Part shown: positions 9,193 through 19,806 of the stretch, one piece after another
Layout: each line of letters starts with the position of its first letter
Position numbering within the stretch: position 1 is the stretch's first letter
Assembly (NCBI GenBank): GCA_015064395.1
Contig: SVSH01000006.1
Span: 14,114 to 78,113 of the forward strand
Length of the DNA: 64,000 nucleotides
Reading direction: 5' to 3'
Source of the DNA: Oscillospiraceae bacterium
GTDB taxonomy: Bacteria > Bacillota > Clostridia > Oscillospirales > CAG-272
Program-made: the position numbers and the translations under genes
The notes under the pieces: generated by a model
The model's input: the letters and a program-made list of their open reading frames with translations, nothing else
What the model was told of the DNA's origin: nothing
The model's database searches: none

Positions 9193-10302
9193 TCAGTCCT
9201 TAGGACCCAGTGTCACGTCGTAATCACCAAGATACTGCTGAATCAGAGCAGCATCCTTGATGGTGATGTCGCCGTCGCCGTCAGCATCAGCAGAATCCTT
9301 GATAGTCACATCGTAATCACCGAGATACTGCTGAATCAGAGCAGCATCCTTGATGGTGATGTCGCCGTCGCCGTCAGCATCGCCGTAGATGATCTCATCA
9401 TCCGCCGCAGGCTTCTCTGCCCCACAAACGCACTTGTCACCTTCCTGGTTGTAAGTGTGCTCGACGGGAGCATCGGACTTCGTGTGGTTCTTATCATTAC
9501 CGCAAACGTAGTTCGCGGTGTGCGTGCCGTCGCCGTTGTCGGTGTAATTGCTGGGTTCGCCCCACGCGTGGTCAAGCGCAGCCACGTTCGCCTCCGTCTC
9601 GGTTTGGGTCTCCGCCCAAGCCTCGGTAAAGGTTGCCGTGTAGGTAGTTTCACCCTTGTCCTCACAGGTAGGATCCTTGGTCTGCTCGGACGTCACGCCC
9701 GTAGACTTTGCCGTGGCGGTCTTGCCACAAGCGCACTTACCGCTTGCCGTGCACTCGGTGTTGTCCGCATTCCATGTGTAACCGGTAGCCGTGTACTCGT
9801 GATCCTTGATGGTCACCATCTCGGTCACCTCGGTTTTCTCCGTAAGAACCTCCAAGTTGTAACCGTCCTTCATGGTGGCCAACTCAAGATCCGTCACACC
9901 AAGGTTGAACGAACCCGTAACTCCGGCGGGAACATCATAGATGATGGTCAGCAGATCTGTTGTTGTTTTGTTCCCTGCCTCCGATTCATACCAAACGATG
10001 AGATCTTTTCCCGTGTCCGTATTGTAGTTGTTTTCATCGATCAATACCGTCTCACTACCCATAACGGTGTTGATACTCCAACCATCAGGAATGATCACTT
10101 CAAGATACATCGAGGTGATTGCGATTTCTTCGCTCGCCTTCAGCGTCACGGTCACCCTCTGCATGTCTTCGCTGACGCACACCGTGGCCTGTTCCGGCAC
10201 AACTGAATAGCTGACACTGTTCGCAGCCCATCCTGTCACCCCAAGCATCACGCACATAGCCAGAGCGACGAGCACGATGCCGAGTTTTTTGATCTTGTTC
10301 AT
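9193..10302 (-). CDS. Secreted adaptor-type protein with signal peptide, cohesin-like module, Cys/His-rich units and tandem dockerin segments
   Basis: 369-aa ORF with ATG preceded by GAAAGGA. Signal peptide is MNKIKKLGIVLVALAMCVMLGVTGWA/AN. The C-terminus contains GDADGDGDITIKDAALIQQYLGDYDV twice. Confidence 0.85.
   Translation of the reverse strand: MNKIKKLGIVLVALAMCVMLGVTGWAANSVSYSVVPEQATVCVSEDMQRVTVTLKASEEIAITSMYLEVIIPDGWSINTVMGSETVLIDENNYNTDTGKDLIVWYESEAGNKTTTDLLTIIYDVPAGVTGSFNLGVTDLELATMKDGYNLEVLTEKTEVTEMVTIKDHEYTATGYTWNADNTECTASGKCACGKTATAKSTGVTSEQTKDPTCEDKGETTYTATFTEAWAETQTETEANVAALDHAWGEPSNYTDNGDGTHTANYVCGNDKNHTKSDAPVEHTYNQEGDKCVCGAEKPAADDEIIYGDADGDGDITIKDAALIQQYLGDYDVTIKDSADADGDGDITIKDAALIQQYLGDYDVTLGPKD
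9214..9384 (-). other. Dockerin (two EF-hand-like Ca loops plus helices), nearly perfect internal duplicate
   Basis: D-A-D-G-D-G-D-I-T-I-K-D loops occur twice. The DNA copies sit at a 93-nt offset (9214 vs 9307) and are almost identical. Confidence 0.8.
9805..10215 (-). other. Second cohesin-like module (adaptor protein aa ~30-166)
   Basis: VTVTLKASEEIAITSMYLEVIIPDGWSI...LLTIIYDVPAGVTGSFNLGVTDLELA has the same layout as the module at 8411-8899. It is weaker than that one. Confidence 0.4.
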
Positions 10303-10350
10303 CTCTTTTTCCTTTCTAAATATTTATTTTCAAAAAAGTTTGAAACTGAA

Positions 10351-13300
10351 TCAAGTGCCCTCTTGACCTGAGGTATCCCAGGTCAAGTTGGCATTTTTAC
10401 GCTGAGCTGCGTTAATCAGCGCCAGGTCGATTGCCGTGATCCTGCCGTCGCCATTGACGTCATACACGGCCGTTGCTGTTTCGTTGTACTCTTGCTTGCC
10501 AAGCACAGCCGCTTGCAAGTCTTTCACGTCATCTTCGGACAACTGACCGTCGCCGTCGTAGTCGCCCTTGACAGCCACGATGACCTCAGTCGCATTCTCC
10601 GGTGCTTCGTAAGTGTAACTACCATCTTCGTTCTTGGTGGCTTGCAGTGCAACGTATTCGTTCGTTGCACTATCCTTATACACAACCACGCAAGCTTGCT
10701 CGTTCTTTACTGTTACGGTCTGCTCGAAGACAGTGTGCTCGATCTTATCTTCCTCGTGATCATTAACGTTTACCTTAACGTTCACCAGGCCGCATGCGCA
10801 CTTGTTGTCCTGAATGCTATGGCCCTCATGTCCGTAAGAATCGCCGCATTCGGAGCAGATGTTCCAGTGGCCGTCCTTATCGTAGGCGTCGTGAGAGTGA
10901 CCGTTTGCTGTGCTACGGTTATGGCCCTTCGCAGGAACAACTTCCTGTGCAACCGTGGTTTCGCCGCATACCGAGCAGTGCTTGCCTTCGGTAAGACCGG
11001 TGTTTTCACAGTCGGGAGTGACTGCCGCGTCAACCACTTCGGTGTGGCCGAGAGCAGCAACAGTTTCCTGCGCTACCAAAACCTTATCACATACCGAGCA
11101 GTGCTTACCTTCGGTAAGACCGGTGTTGGTGCAGTCGGGAGTGACTGCCGCGTCGACTACTTCGGTATGACCGAGTGCGTCAACCGTAATCGTTTCGCGG
11201 CTGATTTCCGCATCGCAAACCGTACAGTATACTACGTTATCGTAGCTACCCGTGTTTTCACAATCAGGATCAACATTGTTTTCTACAACAACTTCACCTT
11301 CGGCGTGGCCAAGAGCATCAACCGTAACAGTCTCTCGGCTGAGTTCCGCATCGCAAACCGTACAGTATACTACGTTGTCGTAGCTACCGTCTGCCGTGCA
11401 GGTGGGAGCCTTGTTGTTTTCTACCACAGCCTCGCCTGCAGTGTGTCCCTTCGCAGGAACTTCCTGCTGCGCTAGCAAAACTTCGTCACATACCGAGCAG
11501 TGCTTGCCTTCGGTAAGACCGGTGTTTTCACAGTCGGGAGCGACTGCCTCGTCAACCACTTCGGTGTGGCCGAGAGCAGCATTCAATGTCGTTCCGCACA
11601 CCGTACAGGTCTGTGCAGTAGTACAAGTTGCGTCTGCGCCAGGGGTGTGACCCTTTGCAACAACTACTTCCTGCGCTAGCAAAACTTCACCACATACCGA
11701 GCAGTGCTTACCTTCGGTAAGACCGGTCTCGGTACAGGTCGGAGCGACTGCCGCGTCGACTACTTCGGTATGACCGAGTGCGTCAACCGTAATCGTTTCG
11801 CGGCTGATTTCCGCATCGCAAACCGTACAGTATACTACGTTATCGTAGCTACCCGTGTTTTCACAATCAGGATCAACATTGTTTTCTACAACAACTTCAC
11901 CTTCGGCGTGGCCAAGAGCATCAACCGTAACAGTCTCTCGGCTGAGTTCCGCATCGCAAACCGTACAGTATACTACGTTGTCGTAGCTACCGTCTGTCGT
12001 ACAAGTGGCGTCAACGTTGTTTTCAACCACTACTTCACCGTGGGTGTGTTCGTGGTTATACGCCGTGTACTCTACACCGTTGTAAGTAATATCCTCGACG
12101 CACTTGAAATTGTCCGTAATGTAGGAACCAACTTCAGTGATGTCCTTGGCGATTGCTACAGTATTCGCATGATAACACAGTTGCCCGCATGACAGAGCTG
12201 TTGTCATTTGAGATGCAATCGTGGGAGATTGGATATATACAGAAGACAAATTAAAGCAGTTATAGAAAGCAGCCGTCCCAATACTCGTCACACTTTTAGG
12301 AATATTATTGATGTTTGCGAGCGAGATGCACTCGGCAAATGCCCGGTCGCCTATGTTCATGATTGCATCACCAAATGTTACATTAGCCAACAAATCACAT
12401 CCATAGAAAGCATACATATCAATGTTCTTCACATTGTTGGGCAGAGATATACTTGTTATCGAAACGCACTCAGAAAAAGCATACCCGCCAATAGTCTCGA
12501 GGCTGTTGGGGAAGGTTATACTTGTTAGTGAACTACAATTATAGAATGCCATTCGGCTTATATTTGTCACACCTTCAGGTATTACCAAATTTGTCAAAAG
12601 TTGATTGTTTAGGTAGAGCTTTGCTGAAGATGACTCATATAGTGGGCTACTATCAAACGTTATTTGACACCACACTGCAATATCCGTAATATACACATTT
12701 TTTAGTGCGCCACAATTCTGGAACGCAGTATCTTTTATATGCGTTACGCCTTTTCCAATGGTAATACTTTCCAAAGCACTACACCGAGCGAACAGCCCTC
12801 TTTCAATGCGTGTTATACCATCAGGAATAGCAATATTTGTTAATGCACTACATCCATTAAATGCGCCTTCTTCCATATACACCAAGGAACGGGGAAGAAT
12901 AATGTCATTCAACGAGATACATTCAATAAACGCTTGTTCTCCTATCCCTACTAGATTTTCACCTAGTGTTACATTCGTTAGTGAAGCACAACCACGGAAT
13001 GCAAAGCCTTGTATATTCAACACGCTATCGCCAATCTCAACGCTTATTAACGAGTCACAGTTATCGAATGCATATGCTCCAATATTAACCACATCGCCTC
13101 GGATAATTGCCTTAGAAATCTCATACTCGCTCCACGGAGCCTTGAGATAGGAATCCCAATTCTTCTTCATTTCTCCGTGACCGCAAATCACCAATGCATA
13201 GTTCCCCGTTTCTCCTAACAGATGAAGATAAGCAATAACTCGGTCCGTGGGGTAATTGGAAACATCCCACCAAATATCCGACGGCTGATCTGCACCACAG

Positions 13301-16300
13301 ATGGAGCAGGCCCATTCGTCATTATACTCGTGACGAACAGGTTTTTCCTCATAGGTCGTATAGTCGCAACGTGAACACGTCTCGTATGCATCCCAACCGA
13401 CTTCGGTACAGTTGGGTTCCTTGGCGTCGTGATGAATCTCATCGTGGCCAAGCGCATCCACATAGCTGTCTTTGTAACTGTCACCGCAGCGGCATGTATG
13501 AGTTGTGTAACCCTGTGCTGTACACGTAGGAGCGGTTACTACTTCGGTGTGGTTGTGGCCCAAAGCCGCTACAGGCAGATGGGAAACTGCTCCGCAATCG
13601 TTACATCTTACCTTATTAGTGCCGCCTTCTGTACAGGTGGGAGGTGTCACAACGATGATCTCGCCCCAGTTGTGGTTCTTGACCGTGCCCTCGGTCAGTC
13701 CACAATTACTACAGGTCTTGGGAGCACTACAGGTCGCATCGACCCAGTTGTGCCCGATTGCAGGAACCTCGTCCGTCACGCTGTGATCGCAACGAGTACA
13801 CTCGTGCTTCTTATAGCCAGGTTCGGTACAAGTGGGCGCCTTGTTGTCGCCGCCCGTCATATCGTGGCCGAGAGCCGCAACTTTGTCAGCAACGTAGCTG
13901 TCGCCGCACGCACAAGTATATGTCGTGTAACCTGCTGCCGTACAAGTAGGAGCGGTTACGACTGAGTTGTAGCTGTGGCCGGTGGCTGCAACTTCTTCTG
14001 TATAAGTATGAGTTGCGTCATTTTTACACGTATAGGTCTTAACGCCCTTCTCCGTACAAGTAGGATTGGTCGTTACGACACCGTCATTGTAGTCGTGGCC
14101 AGTAGCCGCAACTTCTTTATATGTCGTGTATTCACATACCGAGCAGTACTCGTATGCTTCGTGACCCTTCTCGGTACAAGTCGGGGCTTTTGCCTCTACC
14201 TGCGTCAATGCGTGACCCGTTGCTTTAATTTCCTCGGTGTAAGTGTCACCGCAAGAGCAGGTAAAAGCTTTAATACCAACTTCGGTACAAGTGGGGTTCT
14301 TTGTTACCGATTCGGTGTAGCTATGTCCGAGTGCTTCACCTTCGGTTTCGCCACAGGTCTTACAGGTCTTGGGATCTGTGCAGGTTGCATCGATCCAATC
14401 GTGACCTAATGCTTCACCTTCGGTTGCACCACAGACTGAGCAGGTCTTGGGTGTGTCACAATCAGCTTCGGTCCACTTGTGTCCGAGTGCTTCACCTTCG
14501 GTTTCACCGCAGACGGAGCAGGTCTTGGGGGTGTCGCAATCTGCGTCAGTCCAACTGTGGCCGATAGCAGCATTCAATGTCGTTCCGCACACCGTACAGG
14601 TCTGTGCGTTTTCGCAATCTGCTTCTGCGCCGGGAGTGTGGCCATTAGCAGCAACTACTTCCTGTGCTACCAAAACTTCTTTACATACCGAGCAGTGCTT
14701 ACCTTCGGTAAGACCCGTTGCGGTACAGGTGGGAGCGACTGCTTCGTCGATCACCTCGGTGTGGCCGAGGGCGTCAACTACTTCCTGCGCCACCAAAACT
14801 TCGCCACATACCGAGCAGTGCTTACCTTCGGTCAGACCCGTTTCGGTACAGGTGGGAGCCTTGGCCTCGTCGATTACTTCGGTGTGGCCGAGAACAGGAA
14901 TTTCTTCCTGTGCCACCAAAACTTCGCCACATACCGAGCAGTGCTTACCTTCGGTAAGACCCGTTGCGGTACAAGTAGCATTTACTGCCGCGTCAACCAC
15001 TTCGGTGTGGCCGAGAGCGTCAACTTCGTCAGAAGTGTAGGTGTCGCCACAGGAGCACGTGTATGTCGTGTATCCCTTCTCCGTACAAGTCGGAGCGGTT
15101 GCGACGGAGTTGTAGCTGTGGCCAGTGGCCGCAACTTCTTTATACGTCGTGTATTCACATACCGAGCAGTACTCGTATGCTTCATGACCCTTCTCGGTAC
15201 AGGTCGGGGCTTTTGCCTCCACCTGCGTCAGCGTATGGCCCGTCGCTTCAATTTCCTCGGTGTAAGTGTCACCGCAAGAGCAGGTAAAAGTTTTAATACC
15301 AACTTCTGTACAGGTGGGTTGTTTTGTGATCGATTCGGTGTAGACATGGTCCGCAGGAGTGCGGGTTGCGCCGCAGACGTTACATTCTGCGTCACAGGCG
15401 TTGTCCCATGAGTGATTACCCGTAGCTGAGATCGTTTTGTTTTCGGTTTTAATTACAGTGTTACATACAGAACAATATGTAACGAGATCATATGAACCGT
15501 CCTTACCACAAGTTGCTTCTACGCGATTTTCTTCACGAGTCGCTTCGGTGTGGCCACTATTTTCACATTTGGTCTTGTTACAACCGTTATCGCAAACATT
15601 GTCATCGCCATAGCTATGATTCAACTTGGGAACTTCCGTTTGCTTCACAGTTGCCGTGCCACATACCGAGCAGTGCTTACCTTCGGTAAGACCCGTTTCG
15701 GTACAAGTGGGAGCGACTGCCGCGTCGATTACTTCGGTGTGGCCGAGAGCAGCAACAGTTTCCTGCGCTACCAAAACCTTATCACATACCGAGCACTTCT
15801 TGCCTTCCGTCAAACCGGTCTCGGTGCAGGTTGCTGCCTTGCCGGCAATCGTTTCTTCGGTGTGGCCGAGGGCATTTACTACCGTCTGCGCTACCAAAAC
15901 TTCGCCACATACCGAGCAGTGCTTACCTTCGGTAAGACCCGTTTCGGTACAGGTAGGAGCAACTGCCTCGTCAATCACTTCGGTGTGGCCAAGAGCAGCA
16001 ACTTCTTCCTGCTCTACCAAAACTTCACCACATACCGAGCAGTGCTTGCCTTCCGTCAGACCGGTCTCGGTGCAAGTTGCATTCTTGCCGGGAATCGTTT
16101 CTTCAGTGTGGCCGAGAGCAGCAACTTCTTCGGTATAAGTATGGCTTGCATCGTTTTTACATGTGTAGGTCTTTACGCCCTTTTCAGTACAAGTCGGGGC
16201 CGTTGTGACTACACCTTCGTAGTCGTGGCCGGTTGCAGAAATGATAACAGTCTTTTCTGCAATTTTATCTTTGATCCAAAGGCTATCACAGTCAGCAAAA

Positions 16301-18981
16301 CTTGCTTTATAAACAATCTTACCATCTTGCGTACATGTAGGTGCCGTCTCCTCGCTGGAGATTGCCCCGTCTTCAAAAGTGACATGAGCCGCTTGTGTAT
16401 CAGTACAGCCAGCATTGGTGCACTTTCTTGTAGCTGTGCACCGCGTATAGTCGTCAGACCAGGCATAGGAAATTTCTCCCATGCTATGCCCCGTGGCGTT
16501 CACATAGGTGTCTTTGTAATTATCACCGCAAACTGTACAGGTGTGAGTTGTGAAACCCTGCTCCGTGCAAGTGGGGAGAGTTACGACAGACTCATAGCTG
16601 TGTTGAGCAGGATTTCCATAAGTACCACAGCCCTTTGTACACAGGTAAGAGTGTGTGCCATCTTCGTTATTCTTTGCCTTCCCGGTATAGTCATGGCCGT
16701 TGCAACACGTGTGTCCGGTATTCCACCAAACACCATGAACCGAGCAGTACTGATAAGTAGTACCTTTCACCGCGCCGGAGGTTTCCACATAGGAGCCATC
16801 GGCATTTTTAAGTACCGCCGAAACGACTTTTGTTGTACTTATTTCGGTATTCGCTCCATTCAAATGGTAAAATGTCGTTGCGTCACCTGCGCCATTATTA
16901 AATATTATTTTCCCAGTTCCTTCACTGGAGATAACGGCAGAAGTATTGGTGGTGCCATCAGTTGTTGTATAAACAAATCCATTGCAAATAATCGTTCCGT
17001 TTATATCAATTTCAACATCGGTCAAGTCTGCAGCTGTTCTTACCTTACGTCCGGACGAAGGAGAATACTGGGCCGCAAGTATAGTTTGATTTTGGAAAAT
17101 ATAAGCACCCCATTGTGCCTTATTAAACACATAAAGGTTATATCCACCTGTTCCGCTCGCGTTCAAGCGACCTGCGTTAGGATCCGAACTCAAATCAACC
17201 GTTGCCCCTTGAGCGACATAAATTTTTACTCCTGGCAATAACGTGACGTTCTGACCAATCGTCATAGTCCCGGAATTGACATTGACAGTAATATTGCCAT
17301 TAAGGCTCAAAATATAGTCAGCGGAGTCAATTACAGTTGACTTTATTATCAGTTGCAACGCCCATGCATACTCATGATCGCTCATATCTAACACGAGATT
17401 TTTTAATTGAGCATCACCGTTTATGTCGAAGATCAAACGGTCGGTTGTAGGATCATAAGTTTTGACGATAGTCGAATTGACCTCAGGCACAAACATACCA
17501 TTAGCACCTATGAATTCTATCGGCGTTCCTATATCCACAACCATGATTTTCGCATCAACTGTCATCGCTGTGTACACAAATTCTGTTGCACCATAATTGA
17601 TAGTCAAAGGAACTTCGATGTTTTGTATATAGTACTGAGAGAATGGGAATGATTTTTTCGCATTATTTCCTACAAAACCTGACAAATTAGTACCACCAAG
17701 ATAATCGGGCACCTGAATAATTTCATATACTTTAGTGCCGTTGGTAGCAACCACAGAACCGTTACCGTAGATGTATCCCCATGCATAAAGTGTAGCTCCG
17801 GCCTTTGACAGCGTAATATTACTTCCCTGAGACATGTATATTGCGCCATATGCATCACAGATCATACCGCTCTTTGGGAATCCGCCTTGCATGGTTTTGA
17901 ACTTTCCGGCAACTTCTATAGTACCCTCTACATTAATCTTAGCACCCTCTGCAAGCATTAATGTACGCCATGCATACGGGTCTGGTACATTGGAAGCGTT
18001 GCTAACCTGACTCAAAAATTCCGGTTCAACTCCATAAAGCTTATAATCCCCATTTCTAGGAATCAACAGCGTTACGCCGGCGGGAATCACGTATGGAACA
18101 ACATTACCGTCTTTTACATTCGGTTGCAGCGTACCATTGTCGAGTAGAACAACGGTTTTTGTTGACCCTGATGCCGCAGCATCACAAGCGGTCTGCAGAT
18201 TGTCATACTTTGCTGCACCAACACCAAACCATGCAACGCTACTTCCATCATTCGACATAAATGCTGCTTTCACGCTCGTATCGCCGCCAGGTTTCAATGT
18301 GTATGTAGTAGCGGTTGATAATACAACTCCCGTGTGCGTATCAATCCAGCCAAGGAAAGACACTTCGCTGTTAGGTGATGCCACCAAAGCCACACCTTCC
18401 TCCAAGGTAACGTCCGGAATCGTATCACCGTCGGAAACCCCAGTACCGTCAGCCGTTACACTACCCAAAGTACTGTCATAGTTGATGGTAACATCGAAGG
18501 ATGCGTTCGGAGAAGTCAAACTAATATTAGCAATACTATACTCCGTCTTATCTCCCCCGTCCCCCGCGCTGTTTACCTTGATCGTTACGGTCTCTCCGGG
18601 GGCAAGTTGGGCACTGTACGAGTTCCCGTTGCCTCCATTGGGATCAAAACTCACCGAGCCTGAGCCTGAAGTTTTGCTATAAGAAAAGCTCAATATAGCT
18701 GTTGCCCCCGAGTTGTTTGTCAAGGTTACTTCAACTTCAGTTTGTGCAGTGGCACAGCCGTCGCGAACAGCTTGGGCATAAATAGTTAGGTTTTTTTTGT
18801 CAGAATCAGAGTTCGCGCTGCCACTAGAGCCCTTAACCCGATTCCATTCTATACCTAATCCGTTGATACCTAGATCCAAAGAAGCCGCTTTTACTTCAAC
18901 CGTCCACCACGGCAACAGTGAAAAAATCATCATCAAGGCCAACAGCAGTGTTAAAAACCTTTTTTCAACGCTTAAATTCAT
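10351..18981 (-). CDS. Giant (2876 aa) secreted surface protein with signal peptide, Flg_new-like repeat, putative beta-solenoid region, ~40 Cys/His mini-repeats, BspA-type LRR module and C-terminal dockerin
   Basis: Single uninterrupted ORF. GGAGG lies 8 nt upstream of ATG 18981, and that ATG directly abuts the stop of the upstream Lgt-like gene. Signal peptide is [34 protein letters not shown]. Confidence 0.9.
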   Translation of the reverse strand: MNLSVEKRFLTLLLALMMIFSLLPWWTVEVKAASLDLGINGLGIEWNRVKGSSGSANSDSDKKNLTIYAQAVRDGCATAQTEVEVTLTNNSGATAILSFSYSKTSGSGSVSFDPNGGNGNSYSAQLAPGETVTIKVNSAGDGGDKTEYSIANISLTSPNASFDVTINYDSTLGSVTADGTGVSDGDTIPDVTLEEGVALVASPNSEVSFLGWIDTHTGVVLSTATTYTLKPGGDTSVKAAFMSNDGSSVAWFGVGAAKYDNLQTACDAAASGSTKTVVLLDNGTLQPNVKDGNVVPYVIPAGVTLLIPRNGDYKLYGVEPEFLSQVSNASNVPDPYAWRTLMLAEGAKINVEGTIEVAGKFKTMQGGFPKSGMICDAYGAIYMSQGSNITLSKAGATLYAWGYIYGNGSVVATNGTKVYEIIQVPDYLGGTNLSGFVGNNAKKSFPFSQYYIQNIEVPLTINYGATEFVYTAMTVDAKIMVVDIGTPIEFIGANGMFVPEVNSTIVKTYDPTTDRLIFDINGDAQLKNLVLDMSDHEYAWALQLIIKSTVIDSADYILSLNGNITVNVNSGTMTIGQNVTLLPGVKIYVAQGATVDLSSDPNAGRLNASGTGGYNLYVFNKAQWGAYIFQNQTILAAQYSPSSGRKVRTAADLTDVEIDINGTIICNGFVYTTTDGTTNTSAVISSEGTGKIIFNNGAGDATTFYHLNGANTEISTTKVVSAVLKNADGSYVETSGAVKGTTYQYCSVHGVWWNTGHTCCNGHDYTGKAKNNEDGTHSYLCTKGCGTYGNPAQHSYESVVTLPTCTEQGFTTHTCTVCGDNYKDTYVNATGHSMGEISYAWSDDYTRCTATRKCTNAGCTDTQAAHVTFEDGAISSEETAPTCTQDGKIVYKASFADCDSLWIKDKIAEKTVIISATGHDYEGVVTTAPTCTEKGVKTYTCKNDASHTYTEEVAALGHTEETIPGKNATCTETGLTEGKHCSVCGEVLVEQEEVAALGHTEVIDEAVAPTCTETGLTEGKHCSVCGEVLVAQTVVNALGHTEETIAGKAATCTETGLTEGKKCSVCDKVLVAQETVAALGHTEVIDAAVAPTCTETGLTEGKHCSVCGTATVKQTEVPKLNHSYGDDNVCDNGCNKTKCENSGHTEATREENRVEATCGKDGSYDLVTYCSVCNTVIKTENKTISATGNHSWDNACDAECNVCGATRTPADHVYTESITKQPTCTEVGIKTFTCSCGDTYTEEIEATGHTLTQVEAKAPTCTEKGHEAYEYCSVCEYTTYKEVAATGHSYNSVATAPTCTEKGYTTYTCSCGDTYTSDEVDALGHTEVVDAAVNATCTATGLTEGKHCSVCGEVLVAQEEIPVLGHTEVIDEAKAPTCTETGLTEGKHCSVCGEVLVAQEVVDALGHTEVIDEAVAPTCTATGLTEGKHCSVCKEVLVAQEVVAANGHTPGAEADCENAQTCTVCGTTLNAAIGHSWTDADCDTPKTCSVCGETEGEALGHKWTEADCDTPKTCSVCGATEGEALGHDWIDATCTDPKTCKTCGETEGEALGHSYTESVTKNPTCTEVGIKAFTCSCGDTYTEEIKATGHALTQVEAKAPTCTEKGHEAYEYCSVCEYTTYKEVAATGHDYNDGVVTTNPTCTEKGVKTYTCKNDATHTYTEEVAATGHSYNSVVTAPTCTAAGYTTYTCACGDSYVADKVAALGHDMTGGDNKAPTCTEPGYKKHECTRCDHSVTDEVPAIGHNWVDATCSAPKTCSNCGLTEGTVKNHNWGEIIVVTPPTCTEGGTNKVRCNDCGAVSHLPVAALGHNHTEVVTAPTCTAQGYTTHTCRCGDSYKDSYVDALGHDEIHHDAKEPNCTEVGWDAYETCSRCDYTTYEEKPVRHEYNDEWACSICGADQPSDIWWDVSNYPTDRVIAYLHLLGETGNYALVICGHGEMKKNWDSYLKAPWSEYEISKAIIRGDVVNIGAYAFDNCDSLISVEIGDSVLNIQGFAFRGCASLTNVTLGENLVGIGEQAFIECISLNDIILPRSLVYMEEGAFNGCSALTNIAIPDGITRIERGLFARCSALESITIGKGVTHIKDTAFQNCGALKNVYITDIAVWCQITFDSSPLYESSSAKLYLNNQLLTNLVIPEGVTNISRMAFYNCSSLTSITFPNSLETIGGYAFSECVSITSISLPNNVKNIDMYAFYGCDLLANVTFGDAIMNIGDRAFAECISLANINNIPKSVTSIGTAAFYNCFNLSSVYIQSPTIASQMTTALSCGQLCYHANTVAIAKDITEVGSYITDNFKCVEDITYNGVEYTAYNHEHTHGEVVVENNVDATCTTDGSYDNVVYCTVCDAELSRETVTVDALGHAEGEVVVENNVDPDCENTGSYDNVVYCTVCDAEISRETITVDALGHTEVVDAAVAPTCTETGLTEGKHCSVCGEVLLAQEVVVAKGHTPGADATCTTAQTCTVCGTTLNAALGHTEVVDEAVAPDCENTGLTEGKHCSVCDEVLLAQQEVPAKGHTAGEAVVENNKAPTCTADGSYDNVVYCTVCDAELSRETVTVDALGHAEGEVVVENNVDPDCENTGSYDNVVYCTVCDAEISRETITVDALGHTEVVDAAVTPDCTNTGLTEGKHCSVCDKVLVAQETVAALGHTEVVDAAVTPDCENTGLTEGKHCSVCGETTVAQEVVPAKGHNRSTANGHSHDAYDKDGHWNICSECGDSYGHEGHSIQDNKCACGLVNVKVNVNDHEEDKIEHTVFEQTVTVKNEQACVVVYKDSATNEYVALQATKNEDGSYTYEAPENATEVIVAVKGDYDGDGQLSEDDVKDLQAAVLGKQEYNETATAVYDVNGDGRITAIDLALINAAQRKNANLTWDTSGQEGT
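10396..10566 (-). other. Dockerin of the giant protein
   Basis: [24 protein letters not shown]...[23 protein letters not shown]. Confidence 0.8.
10790..12060 (-). repeat. Cys/His mini-repeat array, block 2 (about 10 units)
   Basis: Units of the form ALGH[TA]E..V[DE].AV.P[TD]C[TE].TG..(4-5)..C[ST]VC[GD]..L, about 38 aa (114 nt) each. Examples are [19 protein letters not shown] and [18 protein letters not shown]. Confidence 0.8.
11143..11996 (-). repeat. Recent in-frame direct duplication (603-nt period) inside the giant gene
   Basis: By eye, 11143-11393 and 11746-11996 are identical base for base (~250 nt). The offset of 603 nt equals 201 codons. The protein segment [59 protein letters not shown] occurs twice. 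Confidence 0.85.
12200..13100 (-). other. BspA-type leucine-rich repeat module (LRR_5-like) within the giant gene
   Basis: About 12 units of roughly 23 aa, for example [64 protein letters not shown]. The DNA is visibly more AT-rich than the flanking Cys-repeat DNA. Confidence 0.75.
13290..16740 (-). repeat. Cys/His mini-repeat array, block 1 (about 32 units)
   Basis: There is a long form (C-x10-C-x2-C, e.g. [18 protein letters not shown]) and a short form (C-x5-C-x2-C, e.g. [13 protein letters not shown]). Nearly every unit is preceded by a conserved GH. A ~230-nt segment around 14104 recurs around 15127 (offset 1023 nt) with a few mismatches. Confidence 0.8.
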
Positions 18982-19686
18982 TCAATTAACCTCCTTCTTT
19001 ACATACTTTTTATGTTTAGAATGTGGTTTGTTTTCTTTTTTATTATGCTTGTCAATCAAATAGATTGCTGTTACTCCAACGACAATCGCGAGGATTGACC
19101 AGAAATGAGATATATGGAAAACCCCGGCAACCTCATTGCCTTCCCGGAACCATTCAATCACAAATCGGAATGTTCCGTAGGAAATCATATAAACAGGATA
19201 TAGCTTGCCCTTGAATTTAGGTTTTCCTGTCTTGTTCCGCAATACAATATACAACGCAACATACAGAGCCAACTCAAGCTCTCTTGTAGGCCAGCGCAAA
19301 CCCTCTGTGCCCGGTATGACCGTACCAAGGCAGCAGCCCGAAAATATGCAATTTAGACGAGCGCAGAAAACAGTAACAATATTCGGAATTGTAAACACGT
19401 CGCATGTATCCGCAATATCGCGCTTTGAAATCCATGCCACTAAACAAAACAGTAGCGGAAGGAAAAACAACCCTCCATACAGGCTCATTCCCCCAGGCAC
19501 GCCTTCCATAAATGCAAACACTTTTGCGCATAGCACTGCAGCAATCATATGGATCACGCTCAACAAAACAGCAATCCATTTATTGATGCGAATTTTTTTG
19601 CCGTATTGAATAATCCAGTAACTATTGAACGTTGCACCAAATCCTAAAATCAGCCACAACTTATTGCTGACTATCCAAGAAATCAT
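18982..19686 (-). CDS. Prolipoprotein diacylglyceryl transferase (Lgt) family paralogue, short form
   Basis: 234-aa polytopic membrane ORF. RWPTRELELALY resembles the Lgt R-x-P-x-Q-L-Y-E motif, and YMISYGTFRFVIEWFRE resembles the Lgt Y-G-x-x-R-F-x-x-E-x-x-R motif. ATG is preceded by AAAGAGGA. Confidence 0.65.
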   Translation of the reverse strand: MISWIVSNKLWLILGFGATFNSYWIIQYGKKIRINKWIAVLLSVIHMIAAVLCAKVFAFMEGVPGGMSLYGGLFFLPLLFCLVAWISKRDIADTCDVFTIPNIVTVFCARLNCIFSGCCLGTVIPGTEGLRWPTRELELALYVALYIVLRNKTGKPKFKGKLYPVYMISYGTFRFVIEWFREGNEVAGVFHISHFWSILAIVVGVTAIYLIDKHNKKENKPHSKHKKYVKKEVN

Positions 19687-19806
19687 AACATATATCCTCT
19701 TTACTCAAACACCCCGCAGTCTCCGACGTTGTGTTCCATCTCGGCACCCTACCACCCGGGGCTACCGGGCGGTAAGATGCAATTTTGTTTGTGTTTGTTG
19801 GTAAAA

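Noticed and set aside
10790-16740. Regular ~114-nt periodicity that could superficially suggest a CRISPR or other non-coding array
   Set aside because: The repeats are in frame within one uninterrupted 8.6-kb ORF. The 'spacers' are conserved protein sequence. There is no leader or cas gene, and repeat length and spacing do not fit CRISPR.
10492-17241. Series of plus-strand ORFs (327, 162, 197, 310, 563 aa and others) inside the giant gene
   Set aside because: They are antisense or alternative-frame read-throughs of highly repetitive, codon-biased DNA. Their sequences are repeats of the reverse-translated Cys motif (for example [12 protein letters not shown]) and they lack starts with an RBS.
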